Positions 1-10,514 are shown, counted from the first letter of the stretch. The stretch is 64,000 bases of DNA from Longimicrobiales bacterium (GCA_965204735.1 OZ242008.1:4064001-4128000); one strand, 5' to 3'. Numbers and translations are program-made. The notes: a model not told the origin generated them from the letters alone.

Positions 1-1236
1 CACCTGCTCTGGGCAGCCTGGGCCGGCGTGCTCTCGCTGGGCTTCTTCACCGTGCGCCTGATGGTGTTTCCCGCGGCGATCGTGGCGGCATGGATGCTGT
101 TGACGCGATGGCAGGAGCGCGGGACCGCCGGCCTGGGGTCGTTTGCGGCCAGAACGGGCGCTTGGTCGGCGGTCGCCCTCGCCGCAGGGCTGGCGCTCTA
201 CTTGCCGGCCATGGCGTCCGAAGGTCCCGGCGCTTTCTTCGCCCACCACTCCTTCGACGAACACGCAGTCGGCCGAAACGCGCCCGTCCTCTACGTGCAG
301 AGGCACCTCTGGCAGCAGTGGCACGTGGCCACGCCGCACTGGGCGCAGGCGATCCTTGTCGCCTTGGTGCTGACAGGAGCGGCCGCGCGTTCCCGCGCCG
401 GCCGCCGACCGAGCGCCCCGAAGCCGACGAGGCCCGGGGGAATCCTCTTGTCGGCGACGTACGTCGGCACGATGGCCGTGCTGCTGGCGTTCCCGGTGTC
501 GCTGCAAGGGCGGTTCGCGGTCTGGGCCCTCCTCGCCCTCCTGCTCGTTGCCGGCCACGGCGCCGCGTCCGTCGTGGACGCCCTGCGCGTCGGGCTGGCC
601 GGCAGACGCGGGGCTGTCGCGAGAGCGCCTTCGCTGCGCGCAAGCGTCGCGCAGGGGGGCGCGGTCGTTCTGGTTCTTCTCGCCTTCGCGTCGGTGGCCG
701 GCCTCGCCGTGCCGGCCGGCCCCGCGCCGGTGTGGCCGCTTCGCAGCTTTCCGGCGGCGCCGAAGATTGCCCAGTCGTTGGCGGGAGAGCTGCGGTCGGG
801 CGACTGCCTGGCCTTGCCCCTGAACGCCGACATCTTGCAGTGGTACGTGATGGCGGAGACGAGCCGGGTGTACCTAAGGGCCGACGGAGTCGAGGTGTCC
901 GCGTCGCCCCGAAGCTGTCCGCCGTTCGGCGGCGAGGCGTCGCGGTCGTGCGAGTCCTTCGAGCCGGGCTGGTCTTGGTCGCGCGGAGGCCTTGTCACGA
1001 AGTGCCAGTGGCTGACTCGGCAGGTCGTGGCCGCCTCCGCGCCACCGCCCACGTCCCGCCGACCGCAAGCGGGGGCCCTCGTCGTGCTCGATGCGGGCTT
1101 CAGGTCCAGGGACCGCAACAAGGTGGGCGACTTGGGGGTTCGGGGGTACCTGGAGACGAGCGGCCTGCGCCACTACGAAGTCGTGGTGGACCTTGCCGGC
1201 GGGCGCGCCTATCGACTCCCGGAGTGGACGCACTGA
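1..1236 (+). CDS. Membrane glycosyltransferase-like protein (GT-C/PMT-like), 5'-truncated by window edge; paralog of next gene
   Basis: Frame open from base 1. Multiple TM segments. Blocks such as MxFPAAIVxAWMLLTR, LYVQRHLW, RSGDC, VLDAGFR and GGRxYRL are shared with 1224-2954. Confidence 0.6.
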   Translation, partial: HLLWAAWAGVLSLGFFTVRLMVFPAAIVAAWMLLTRWQERGTAGLGSFAARTGAWSAVALAAGLALYLPAMASEGPGAFFAHHSFDEHAVGRNAPVLYVQRHLWQQWHVATPHWAQAILVALVLTGAAARSRAGRRPSAPKPTRPGGILLSATYVGTMAVLLAFPVSLQGRFAVWALLALLLVAGHGAASVVDALRVGLAGRRGAVARAPSLRASVAQGGAVVLVLLAFASVAGLAVPAGPAPVWPLRSFPAAPKIAQSLAGELRSGDCLALPLNADILQWYVMAETSRVYLRADGVEVSASPRSCPPFGGEASRSCESFEPGWSWSRGGLVTKCQWLTRQVVAASAPPPTSRRPQAGALVVLDAGFRSRDRNKVGDLGVRGYLETSGLRHYEVVVDLAGGRAYRLPEWTH

Positions 1237-2954
1237 GTCTCGGTCGGCGCGCGCCGGCCAAGTCGAGCGCGGCGCTCGGCCGTCGAGAGGCCCTGTGCTG
1301 GGAGGGAGCGCTCTTCGCGGTCGTCGCGTCGACGGGCGCCGTTCTTGCCGGCGCCAAGCTCGCCGACCCCCTGGGAGTGGACGAGGCGTGGACGGCGGGA
1401 CAGTACGTCCTCGAATCTCTTTGGACCGCCCTTGCGAAGTACGACGAGCCCAACAACCACGTGCTGCACACGCTGTTGGCGTGGGGGTCGCATCGGACGG
1501 CCGGGCCGAGCGTCGTCGCGCTTCGGCTGCCGGCGTTTCTCAGCTGGTGCCTTCTCCTTCCGGCGGTGTGGTGGTTCGTCCGACAAGAAGCCGGCTGGCT
1601 GGCGGCGGCGTTCGCGACGACCTTGACTGCCACGTCGCGGTACTTGATGGAGTACGGATCGAGCGCCCGCGGGTACGCCCAGCTTCTGCTGTTGTTCGTG
1701 GCGGCGCTCCTCTTGGGCCGGAGCCTGGTCGCGGCGCCGCGGAACCACGGACGCTGGGCGTTTTGGGCCCTTGCGGTGGCACTGGGCATCTTCACCGTGC
1801 CCGTCATGGCGTTTCCCGCCGCCATCGTCGTCGCTTGGATGCTGCTGACGCGACGGCAGAGGCATGGCGCGCGCGGGACGGTCTCGTTTGCGGCCAGAAC
1901 CGCCGCTTGGTCGGGAGCGGCCGTCGTCGTCGGGCTGGGACTCTACCTGCCGGCCGTCGCGTCGGAGGGAGCGCAGGCTCTCTTCGGCAACGAGTTCGTG
2001 GAAACCGTGCCCCAAGCGCCGATGCTGTACGTCCAGAGACACCTCTGGCCGCGATGGCACCAGAGCATTCCGGTCTGGGGACAGGCCGTTCTGCTGGCGC
2101 TCGTGGCCGTCGGCGCGGTTGCGGCCCGCCCGTCGACGGGAGACGGCCCGGCGCCGCGTCGACGGCCCGGCGGGCGCCTTCTGCTTGCCGCGGGATCGGG
2201 CTCGGCCGCCGTCATGCTGGCGTGGCCGGTGGTTCTCTCCGCCCGGGCCGGGATATGGCTGCTGCTCTGCCTCCTGATCGTCGCCGGAACAGGTGCCGCG
2301 TCGGTCGTGGAGAAAGCGCTGGGCGGCGTGAGCGAACGGGCTGGGAGAGCGGCGCGCGCCGCGGTCGTCCTGCTCTTTCTGGGCGTGTTCGCTTGGCTGT
2401 CCACCCTGCCCGTGCCGAGAGGCGTCTTCCCGCAATGGGACCCCATGCGCTTCCCCGAGACCCCCGCGATGGTCGAAGCAGTCGCCGCCGACGTGCGGTC
2501 GGGGGACTGCATAGCCGTTTCGATGAACGCCGACATAGGGTTCTCGTACATCAACGCCCTGGCCGTCAGGACCTACTTCAAGGCCGCCGGGGTTCGTCTG
2601 TCCAAGAACTACGAAGCGCTGGCCGCGCGCAAGACGAGAACGCCGGCGTACTTCAAGGCCGCTGCGAGACGCGACCTGCGCCGTCGTCCAACCAGCTGCC
2701 CGCCGTTTGCGGCGACGAGCCTCGATTGGATCACGAGCCCGGCGTCCGGCACGTGGCGGGCGTCGCCCGGCCCGCCGGGCAAGGCCGCGGGACAACGCCT
2801 CTTCGTGCTTGACGCCGGCTTTCGGCCGAGGGAGCGGAACCGAGTAGGCGACAGGGAAGTGCGCACGTGGCTGGAAGAGAGCCGCCTCGGGTTCGAGGTT
2901 GCCGCCGACTTCTCCGGCGGTCGCGTCTACCGACTTCGGAAGTGGGCGCAGTGA
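1224..2954 (+). CDS. Glycosyltransferase family 39/ArnT-like (GT-C) membrane protein
   Basis: GTG at 1224 overlaps the upstream stop. DEAWT after TM1, PNNHVLHTLL, LRLPA and ARGY motifs, many TM helices. Confidence 0.7.
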   Translation: MDALSLGRRAPAKSSAALGRREALCWEGALFAVVASTGAVLAGAKLADPLGVDEAWTAGQYVLESLWTALAKYDEPNNHVLHTLLAWGSHRTAGPSVVALRLPAFLSWCLLLPAVWWFVRQEAGWLAAAFATTLTATSRYLMEYGSSARGYAQLLLLFVAALLLGRSLVAAPRNHGRWAFWALAVALGIFTVPVMAFPAAIVVAWMLLTRRQRHGARGTVSFAARTAAWSGAAVVVGLGLYLPAVASEGAQALFGNEFVETVPQAPMLYVQRHLWPRWHQSIPVWGQAVLLALVAVGAVAARPSTGDGPAPRRRPGGRLLLAAGSGSAAVMLAWPVVLSARAGIWLLLCLLIVAGTGAASVVEKALGGVSERAGRAARAAVVLLFLGVFAWLSTLPVPRGVFPQWDPMRFPETPAMVEAVAADVRSGDCIAVSMNADIGFSYINALAVRTYFKAAGVRLSKNYEALAARKTRTPAYFKAAARRDLRRRPTSCPPFAATSLDWITSPASGTWRASPGPPGKAAGQRLFVLDAGFRPRERNRVGDREVRTWLEESRLGFEVAADFSGGRVYRLRKWAQ

Positions 2955-4237
2955 GCGACGGGAGACGAAGTCCTTGGGGCGCCGACGCGCGCGCGTCCGT
3001 CCGAGCGTCGCTGCGGGTCGTCGCGTGGAACGTCCTCCTGCTCGCTGGCGGAGTCGGGACGGCGGCCGCCGCCGGCGAACTCTGGTTGCGGCACCGGGGT
3101 CCGTTCATGACGATCAGCCTGCCCGTCGAGTACGTTCCGAACGTCGGCTACCTCAGGAAGCCGAACACGGAAATGCGCTACACCAATCGGCAGGACTTCT
3201 GGACCGTCGCACGCACCAACGCCCTCGGCTTCGTGGATCGAGAACCCCCGAGCCCCGAGCAAGCCGCGGCCAGCTGCCACGTCGCAGTGATCGGCGACTC
3301 CTTCGTGGAAGCGAACGAGGTTCCGATCGACGCCAAGTTCCATGTCGTGCTCGAGCGGCTGGCGGCAAGCGCGCTGCCTGCTCTGAAGATCACGACTGCG
3401 GCCTACGGGCGAGCCGACACGGGCCAGATGCAGCAGCTGCCGTACTACGACGAATTTGCGCGGCGGCTGCGTCCCAAGCTGCTGGTCTTGGTCTTTGTCG
3501 ACAACGACTTCGTGGACAACGCTCCGGTGTTGCGGGCGCTGGCCGCCGGCCTGGGAGAGAGAGGCTGGGATCCGGAACACCTTCCGGGTGCAAGCGCGGA
3601 GCGGCGCCCCGACGGCACGATGGTTGTGCGCCCTCCGGACCCCGAGCACGAGAAGTTCAGGCTGGCCCGATCCTCCGGTTCCAGGCTGACCCGTGGCGTG
3701 GCCGCCGTCGGCGAAGCTTCGTGGCTAGTGCTGTACCTGCGCGCCAAGGGCTTTCGCCGACTGCTGCGCTTTGATCCGGGGGAAGACTTCCGGAGCTGGG
3801 TGGACGAGCTTCGGCAGCGACCTCGCTACGCTGCGCTGCTCGGGGAGTGGCGCCCGACCAGCTCCCGAGAGCTTGCGCCCACCTTCGGGCAGAGCGAGCT
3901 GCCGCCCGTCTTCGAGGACGCCCTGGAGTACACCGCCTTTGCTCTGGGCGAGTTCAAGGCGCGCGCCGACCGAGACGGCGCGGCGGTCGTCGTTCTGGCG
4001 TCGCACCGGATCAAGAGCTTTGGATCCAGCATGTTCGACAGGACGAGCGAGGTTGCCGCGTCGCTGGGGATCCCCGTCGTCGATCAAGCCGACTACATCG
4101 TTCGCCAGGGGGCGCGGCTCGAGGACGCCCGATGGCCGCGGGACGCCCATTGGAACGTGGACGGCCACCGCTGGGCGGCGGAGGCCTTGCTCGAGTACTT
4201 GACCCAGCACCAGTATCTCTGCGCGCTGGCTGACTGA
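2951..4237 (+). CDS. SGNH/GDSL hydrolase-like (AlgJ/AlgX-type acyltransferase/esterase), N-terminal membrane anchor
   Basis: GTGA overlap with the upstream stop. GDSFVE block I, NDF block III, DAHWN catalytic DxH. Confidence 0.75.
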   Translation: MSDGRRSPWGADARASVRASLRVVAWNVLLLAGGVGTAAAAGELWLRHRGPFMTISLPVEYVPNVGYLRKPNTEMRYTNRQDFWTVARTNALGFVDREPPSPEQAAASCHVAVIGDSFVEANEVPIDAKFHVVLERLAASALPALKITTAAYGRADTGQMQQLPYYDEFARRLRPKLLVLVFVDNDFVDNAPVLRALAAGLGERGWDPEHLPGASAERRPDGTMVVRPPDPEHEKFRLARSSGSRLTRGVAAVGEASWLVLYLRAKGFRRLLRFDPGEDFRSWVDELRQRPRYAALLGEWRPTSSRELAPTFGQSELPPVFEDALEYTAFALGEFKARADRDGAAVVVLASHRIKSFGSSMFDRTSEVAASLGIPVVDQADYIVRQGARLEDARWPRDAHWNVDGHRWAAEALLEYLTQHQYLCALAD

Positions 4238-4251
4238 ATTCGGCCCCGCTG

Positions 4252-5565
4252 ATGGACCCTGCTCACCTCAGGCGAACCATGGGCAACGGAGGCGGCATCG
4301 TTGCGTCGCGGAAGATGAGAGCCCCCTCCCGAGCGCTGTTGCGGGTCGTGGCGTGGAACGCTTTCTGGCTCGTTGCGGGAGCTGGGACGGCAGCTGGCGC
4401 CGCCGAACTCTGGCTCCGCGCCAGAGCGCCGTTCATGACGAGCAGCCTGCCCGTCGAGTACGTTCCCAACGTCGGCTACCTCAGGAAGCCGAACACGGAA
4501 ATGCGCCACACCAATCTGCAGGACTTCTGGACCGTCGCGCACACCAACGCCCTCGGCTTCTTGGATCGAGAACCGCCGAGCCCCGAGCGAGCCGCGCGCG
4601 GCTGCCACGTCGCAGTGTTCGGCGACTCCTACGTAGAAGCGAAAGAGGTTCCGATCGACGCCAAGTTCCACGTCGTGCTCGAGCGGCTGGCGGCAAGCGC
4701 GCTGCCTGCTCTGAAGATCACGACTGCGGCCTACGGGCGATCCGGCACGGGCCAGATCCAGCAGTTGCCGTACTACGACGAGTATGCGCGGCGGCTGCGT
4801 CCCAAGCTGCTGGTCTTGGTCTTTGTCCACAACGACTTCGCGAACAACGCTCCGGTGCTGTGGGCACTGAGGCAAGACTGGGATCCGGAGCACCATCCGG
4901 GTGCAAGCGCGGAGCGGCGCCCCGACGGCACGATGGTTGTGCGCCCTCCGGACCCCGATTACAAGGATTTCATGGCGGTTGGACCTCCGGCCGGTCCGCT
5001 GGCCCGTGGCGCGCTCGCCGTCGGCGAAGCTTCGTGGCTGGTGCTGTACCTGCGCGCCAAGGGCTTTCACCGACTGCTGCGCTTCGATCCGGGGGTCGAC
5101 TTCCGGGGCAGGGTGGAAGAAATCCGCCAGCGGCCTCGCTACGGTGCGCTGCTCAAGGGGTGGTACCCGACCAGCAGGTTCGAAATCGTCCCCACCTTTT
5201 GGACGCTTGGCCCGTCTTCGGCCGAGAGCGAGCTGCCCGCCGTCTTCGAGGACGCCCTGGAGTACACCGCCTTTGCTCTGGGCGAGTTCAAGGCGCGCGC
5301 CGACCGAGACGGCGCGGCAGTCGTCGTTCTGGCGTCGCACCGGATCAAGGCTTCTTGGCCGGGCATGTTCGCCAGGGTGGGCGAGGTCGCCGCGTCGCAG
5401 GGAATCCCTGTCGTCGATCAAGCCGACTACATCGTTCGCCAGGGCGCGCGGCCCGAAGACGCCCATTGGCCGGCGGACGCCCACTGGAACCCGGACGGCC
5501 ACCGCTGGGCGGCGGAGGCCTTGCTCGAGTACTTGGCCCAGCGCCCCCACCTGTGCGACGGCTGA
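4252..5565 (+). CDS. SGNH/GDSL hydrolase-like, tandem paralog of 2951-4237
   Basis: GDSYVE, NDF, DAHWN. Long stretches are nearly identical in DNA to the preceding gene. Confidence 0.75.
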   Translation: MDPAHLRRTMGNGGGIVASRKMRAPSRALLRVVAWNAFWLVAGAGTAAGAAELWLRARAPFMTSSLPVEYVPNVGYLRKPNTEMRHTNLQDFWTVAHTNALGFLDREPPSPERAARGCHVAVFGDSYVEAKEVPIDAKFHVVLERLAASALPALKITTAAYGRSGTGQIQQLPYYDEYARRLRPKLLVLVFVHNDFANNAPVLWALRQDWDPEHHPGASAERRPDGTMVVRPPDPDYKDFMAVGPPAGPLARGALAVGEASWLVLYLRAKGFHRLLRFDPGVDFRGRVEEIRQRPRYGALLKGWYPTSRFEIVPTFWTLGPSSAESELPAVFEDALEYTAFALGEFKARADRDGAAVVVLASHRIKASWPGMFARVGEVAASQGIPVVDQADYIVRQGARPEDAHWPADAHWNPDGHRWAAEALLEYLAQRPHLCDG

Positions 5566-5641
5566 CCGAACTCCGAACTCGGCGTGCCCCTCGCGTGCCG
5601 CTCCCGTGCCCGGCAGGGAGCGGCCAACGTTGCCGGAGACC

Positions 5642-7228
5642 CTAGCTGTCGCGCCCGGGTCCCGGTCGCCGTGCTCCCTCGTACACCGCAATGCCCCTGA
5701 AAGAGGCGACGAGCCCGACTTCGTAGCGGCTCAAGACCCTTTGCAGCGCTGGCGGGTAGCTCGGCGACCTGTACTCCGGGGCTGCAAGGATCCACAGTCG
5801 GCCATGCATCTGGGAGCCAAGCCCCTGCACGACTTCGCTCCTCAGTCGAAGCCGCCGTCGTAGGGGCTCCTTGCGGCTCCAAATCCATACGCTTTCGGGC
5901 GACGCCGGCTCCCCACGGGCGTAGCGGCGCCAGTAGGCGTCCATGTAGCTCCAGTCGCCCAGCACCGGGCCCCCGTCCAGCAGAACGTGGTCGTCCTTCC
6001 GCGCGTCCTCGGCCACGTATGCGATCGCTTCCCTCCACTGCACATGCTGCGGCGTTCGACGATGGTGGAGCGCCGCCGGGACAGCGAGCGCCAGAACGCA
6101 GACGCACGCCGCGTGGGCTCCAAGGCGCCGGGGGAACCCCAGGTACACGCCCGAAACGCCGACGAGGACGACCGCCGGCAAGGCGGCTACGAAGTACCGA
6201 GGAACGTAGATGTTCGAATACAGCAGCGAGACTAGCCCCGGCAGCAGCACCGTGGCGGCCGCGTACACGCCCGTGGCGGCGAGATGCAACGAAGTTCGGC
6301 TCCGGCTCCTGGTGCTTCGCGCGCGAACAAGGAACAAAGCCAACAGCGCCAAGAACAGCAAGCCGGACGCGGCGGCAGCGATCCTGGACCACAGCGTGGG
6401 CGGTCCGAAGGCGAGCCACGGGAAGAGCCCAAGAACGTCCAAGACTTCGGGATCGGTCCACAGCTGGTTGGCTCCAGGGTCGTGCATGAAGCGAGTCATC
6501 CGAGAGCTGCCCTTGGCAAAGCGGCTCGCCAGCGGCCATGCCAAGCACAGGACCGCAAGCCAGGTCGTCGCGAACGCCACTCTCCGTCCGCGTCCGAAGA
6601 GCGCTACCACGAGCGCGTGGGCCGACGCCACAAAGACGGCGTACGGGTGAGTGGCGCACGCCGCAAGCAGAACCGCTCCGTAGGCTGCGTACTTTCGGCG
6701 TTGCGCTCCCGTCGCTTCGTCCGAGGTCAGGATGGAAATCAGCAAGCGAAGCGAAGCCAGGGACAGCAGGCAGTAGAGCGCATAGGGCCGAGCTTCCTGG
6801 GCGAAGCGGATCGCGACCGGCGAGAAGATGAAGAACTGACAAGCGAACAACCCCGCCCAAGGCCCTGCCGCATCCCTTGCCATCTTGTACAGCAACGGTA
6901 TGCATGCCGTCATGAAAAGGGCGGACGGCAGGCGAAGAAGCGCATCGCTTGTGCCCGACAGGGTTCCCCAGACCCACACGAGGGAGTAATAAAGCGGGGG
7001 GTGATTGTGGTGCTCTATGGCAGTCGCAACCGCGCGGGACCACCAGCCGTCCGTGAACGTGAAGACGAGGGTGGCCATCTCGTCGAACCAGACCCCGTCC
7101 CGACCGATTCCGACAAGGAAGAACGCCAGCGCCTGAGCGGTGAGGCCGACGACGATCCAGGGCTGCAAGCGACTTGGCGGGACGGCGGCCGGCGGCGACT
7201 GCCGGCGACCAAGGTCCTGGACGTTCAT
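5642..7228 (-). CDS. Glycosyltransferase family 39/ArnT-like membrane protein
   Basis: WFDE, HPPLYY, LRLPS, EARPYAL and PRY motifs, polytopic. Probable ATG at 7228. Confidence 0.75.
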   Translation of the reverse strand: MNVQDLGRRQSPPAAVPPSRLQPWIVVGLTAQALAFFLVGIGRDGVWFDEMATLVFTFTDGWWSRAVATAIEHHNHPPLYYSLVWVWGTLSGTSDALLRLPSALFMTACIPLLYKMARDAAGPWAGLFACQFFIFSPVAIRFAQEARPYALYCLLSLASLRLLISILTSDEATGAQRRKYAAYGAVLLAACATHPYAVFVASAHALVVALFGRGRRVAFATTWLAVLCLAWPLASRFAKGSSRMTRFMHDPGANQLWTDPEVLDVLGLFPWLAFGPPTLWSRIAAAASGLLFLALLALFLVRARSTRSRSRTSLHLAATGVYAAATVLLPGLVSLLYSNIYVPRYFVAALPAVVLVGVSGVYLGFPRRLGAHAACVCVLALAVPAALHHRRTPQHVQWREAIAYVAEDARKDDHVLLDGGPVLGDWSYMDAYWRRYARGEPASPESVWIWSRKEPLRRRLRLRSEVVQGLGSQMHGRLWILAAPEYRSPSYPPALQRVLSRYEVGLVASFRGIAVYEGARRPGPGRDS

Positions 7229-7441
7229 GTCGGCCGAGCGTGGATTGGAGGGACCGGACAGCACCTGCGAGGATAGGAAGGGACGGAGCGGACGGCAACT
7301 CGCGGACGGCGAGGCCGGGACGGCCTTCCCGGTCGGCGCCGACTGGCGGAGCGCGCAGCGACGCCCTTACATTGAACGAAGCGTCGCACCAGCGGCCCCG
7401 CTGGAGGACGCCACGCCAAGCAAGGGAACGGAGGCAGCACG

Positions 7442-8590
7442 ATGCGTCGGAGGTCGTTCGTCAAAGCAGGAACCCTTTCCGGTCTCGCGGCGGGAGCCGG
7501 CATGGCCGGAGCCGGCGCCCTCGGCGCCAATCCCCTCGCGGCGCTGGCGGCCGGGCCGGGCCGCAGGACGGTCAGCGGGGCAGTCCGCCTGAACTCCAAC
7601 GAGAACCCCTTGGGGATCTCGCCCGCCGCCAAGGACGCGCTGCTGCAGGCCGTCGATCTGGCCAACCGCTACCCGGGCGACCAGCACGCGGCTCTGGTCT
7701 CCAAGCTGGCTGCCGCCCACGGCGTCGCCGACAGCCAAGTCGTGATCGGCGCCGGGTCCGCCGAGGTGCTGCAGATGGCCGTGCAGGCGTTTGCCGCGCC
7801 CCGGGCTCGCTTGGTGATGGCCGACCCGACCTACGAGGCGGTCACCAACTACCAGCGCACCGAGTCCTACGAGGTGGTGAAGGCGCCCCTCGCCGCCAAC
7901 GGCGAGCACGACCTGGACCGGATGCGCGACGCCGCGGAAGACTCGGGCCGCCCCGCCCTGGTCTACCTCTGCAACCCCAACAACCCGACGGCGACGATCA
8001 CTCCCAGCGCCGAGATCGACGCCTGGATCGCCGACGCGCCCGAGCACGTCTTCTTCCTCTCCGACGAAGCGTACGTCGAGTACGTGGAGGACGACCGCAT
8101 GTGGAGCTCGCTCCCCTGGATCGAGAAGAAGCGCAACGTCCTCGTCGTCAAGACCTTCTCCAAGATATACGGGCTCGCCGGGCTTCGGCTGGGGTACGGG
8201 ATCGCCCACCCCGACACGGCGGCGCGGCTCGCCGACTTCGCCTCTCGGAACAACGCGAACCAGCTGGCCCTGGCCGCCGCCGGCGCGTCGTTCCAGGACG
8301 AGGCGCTCATGACCAAGAGCCGGACCGTCAACAAGGAATCCAAGGCGATGGTCCAAGCCACCCTGGACGAGCTGGGTCTGGAGCACATGCCCACCGAGGC
8401 CAACTTCCTCATCCACCGGATCGGCGGCGACTTGGCCACGTACAGGGGCCGAATGGCGGAGGCCGGCTTCCTGGTGGGCCGGGACTTCCCGCCCATGCTG
8501 GAGTGGAACCGCCTCTCCTTCGGCCTCCCCGAGGACATGGGCCGCTTCTGCGACGCCCTGCGCGAGTTCCGACGGAAGGGGTGGGTGTAG
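7442..8590 (+). CDS. HisC-like class I/II PLP aminotransferase with Tat signal peptide
   Basis: RRSFVK twin-arginine leader, LNSNENP, CNPNNPT, DEAY, TFSKIYGLAGLRLGY. Confidence 0.85.
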   Translation: MRRRSFVKAGTLSGLAAGAGMAGAGALGANPLAALAAGPGRRTVSGAVRLNSNENPLGISPAAKDALLQAVDLANRYPGDQHAALVSKLAAAHGVADSQVVIGAGSAEVLQMAVQAFAAPRARLVMADPTYEAVTNYQRTESYEVVKAPLAANGEHDLDRMRDAAEDSGRPALVYLCNPNNPTATITPSAEIDAWIADAPEHVFFLSDEAYVEYVEDDRMWSSLPWIEKKRNVLVVKTFSKIYGLAGLRLGYGIAHPDTAARLADFASRNNANQLALAAAGASFQDEALMTKSRTVNKESKAMVQATLDELGLEHMPTEANFLIHRIGGDLATYRGRMAEAGFLVGRDFPPMLEWNRLSFGLPEDMGRFCDALREFRRKGWV

Positions 8591-8610
8591 GCCCCAAGCC
8601 TTCCCGAGCC

Positions 8611-9255
8611 ATGGCCAGGTACCTCACCGAGTTCATCGGCGCCTTCTTCCTGGTGCTCACCGCGGGCTTGACCACCGTTCACCACCCCGATCTCGCGCCG
8701 CTGGCGGTGGGGTCGGTTCTCATGGTGATGGTCTACATGGGGGCTCACGTCTCGGGGGCCCACTACAACCCCGTCGTGACGATCGCTCTTGTGGCGGTCG
8801 GGAAGCTGGATCGGAAGTACGGAGGAACCTACGCGGCCTGCCAAGTGGCGGGAGCGTTGGTGGCGGCGGCGGCGGTGCGGCTGCTCTCGGGCGAGTTCTT
8901 CCTGGTCGCGCCGGCTGCGGGCGTGCCGTGGTGGATCGCGCTGCTGGCCGAAGCGCTCTTCGCCTTCGCCCTGGTGATCGTCGTGCTGCATGTGGCGGCC
9001 GACCCCCGGACCGAGGGAAACCCCTACTACGGACTCGCCATCGGCTTCACGGTCATGGTGGCCGGCTTCGCCGTGGGCGGCATCTCCGGCGGCGTGCTCA
9101 ACCCGGCCGTCGCCGCCGGTCCGGCGCTGGTCTACCTTGCCGGCGTCGGGTCCCTCGGAGCCATGGCCAGCACGTGGCTCTACTGGGTCGGGCCGGTTGC
9201 GGGAGCCTACTTGGCGCTTGCCGTCTATCGGCGGCAGGGAGAGGAGCGCGGCTAG
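8611..9255 (+). CDS. MIP family aquaporin-like channel
   Basis: EFIG in TM1, SGAHYNPV and GGVLNPA loops, WLYWVGP. Confidence 0.85.
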   Translation: MARYLTEFIGAFFLVLTAGLTTVHHPDLAPLAVGSVLMVMVYMGAHVSGAHYNPVVTIALVAVGKLDRKYGGTYAACQVAGALVAAAAVRLLSGEFFLVAPAAGVPWWIALLAEALFAFALVIVVLHVAADPRTEGNPYYGLAIGFTVMVAGFAVGGISGGVLNPAVAAGPALVYLAGVGSLGAMASTWLYWVGPVAGAYLALAVYRRQGEERG

Positions 9256-10493
9256 CGCGACTGCGCCTCCGGTCCCAACCGGAGCGCGGCCACTTGGGTC
9301 AACGGCAGGGCCGTGATCCTGTCGGCAAGGGCGTACTCGCGGTCGCCGGGGTAGACGACCCAGAGGCGATCGAGCCCCAGGTCGGCGAGAGCCACGTGCA
9401 TGGAGCGGGTGGTTCGGGGCGCGTCGGCGCACTTGAACTCGAAGCCCCAGCGTCGGCCTCGTCGAAGCAGCATCAAGTCCAGTTCGGCCCCGCGCTGAGT
9501 GGCGTAGAAGTAGGCTTCGTGTTCTCCGTGGGCAGCCAAGGTCTGTTCGACGGCGAAGCCCTCCCAGCTGGCACCGTAGCGCGGGTGGGCCGTCAGGTCG
9601 GGCATCGTCTCCACTTCCAGCAGATGATGCAGAATGCCCGAATCGCGGATGTACAGCTTGGGGGACTTGACCAGGCGCTTGCCTACGTTTTCGAACCAAG
9701 GCTGCAGCAGTCGAACCATGAAGGTGCCGGCCAGCAGGTCGCGGTAGCCGGTTGCGGTTCTGGCGGTCGTCCCCATGGAGCGCGCGAGTTCGGTGGCGTT
9801 CCACGTCTGCCCGTGAACATGAGCCAGCATTCGCCAGAACCGGCCGAGCGCGACAGGTGGCACGCGGGAGCCCAGACCAGGGATGTCCCGCTCGAGGAAC
9901 GTGTGGGCGAACGAACGCATCCAGCGTGCCCAAGCGCTAGTGGAGCGCGCCAGGTAGGCGCGGGGGAAGCCGCCGCGCACCCAGAGCTGGTCCAGCTTCT
10001 CCGATCCGACCTCGGCGAGCCCGAAGCCGCCTACGTGCACGAACTGAATCCGTCCAGCCAGGGTCTCCGAAACGCCGCGAATCAAGTCCCAGGACGCGCT
10101 CCCCGTCAGAAGGTAAACGGCCTTTCGGTCCGGTGCGTCGCACAGCGGCCGCAACAGCTCGAACAACGCGGGCATCCGCTGGACCTCGTCGATCACCACC
10201 AGCCCTTCATGCGCGCGAAGCGTCCGCGCCGGCGTCGACGACAGCGCTTGCCGGTCGGCGGGCGCCTCCAGGTCGAAGAATGTGGCCGGACCCGACCACG
10301 CCGCCGTCGCCTGGCGGGCCAGCGTGGTCTTTCCGCTCTGACGTGCTCCGAGAAGCGCGACGACCGGGACTTCTTCCAAACCCCTCAGCGCAGCGGCAAG
10401 GAGACCTTGGCGCGGGATCAGCCCCGTCGTGCTGCCACGCGCGTCCCCATCGTCTTCCAAGCGCTCCCTCATTGCTCCAAGTGCTCCATTCAC
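9252..10493 (-). CDS. AAA_14 ATPase with DUF4143 C-terminal domain
   Basis: GARQSGKTT, IDEVQ, LTGS, ETLAGR, GGFP, KSPKLYIRDSG, ELD/EFK. Start is 10493 or 10472. Confidence 0.85.
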   Translation of the reverse strand: MNGALGAMRERLEDDGDARGSTTGLIPRQGLLAAALRGLEEVPVVALLGARQSGKTTLARQATAAWSGPATFFDLEAPADRQALSSTPARTLRAHEGLVVIDEVQRMPALFELLRPLCDAPDRKAVYLLTGSASWDLIRGVSETLAGRIQFVHVGGFGLAEVGSEKLDQLWVRGGFPRAYLARSTSAWARWMRSFAHTFLERDIPGLGSRVPPVALGRFWRMLAHVHGQTWNATELARSMGTTARTATGYRDLLAGTFMVRLLQPWFENVGKRLVKSPKLYIRDSGILHHLLEVETMPDLTAHPRYGASWEGFAVEQTLAAHGEHEAYFYATQRGAELDLMLLRRGRRWGFEFKCADAPRTTRSMHVALADLGLDRLWVVYPGDREYALADRITALPLTQVAALRLGPEAQSR

Positions 10494-10514
10494 CGGTCCT
10501 GGTCTTGAGATTTT

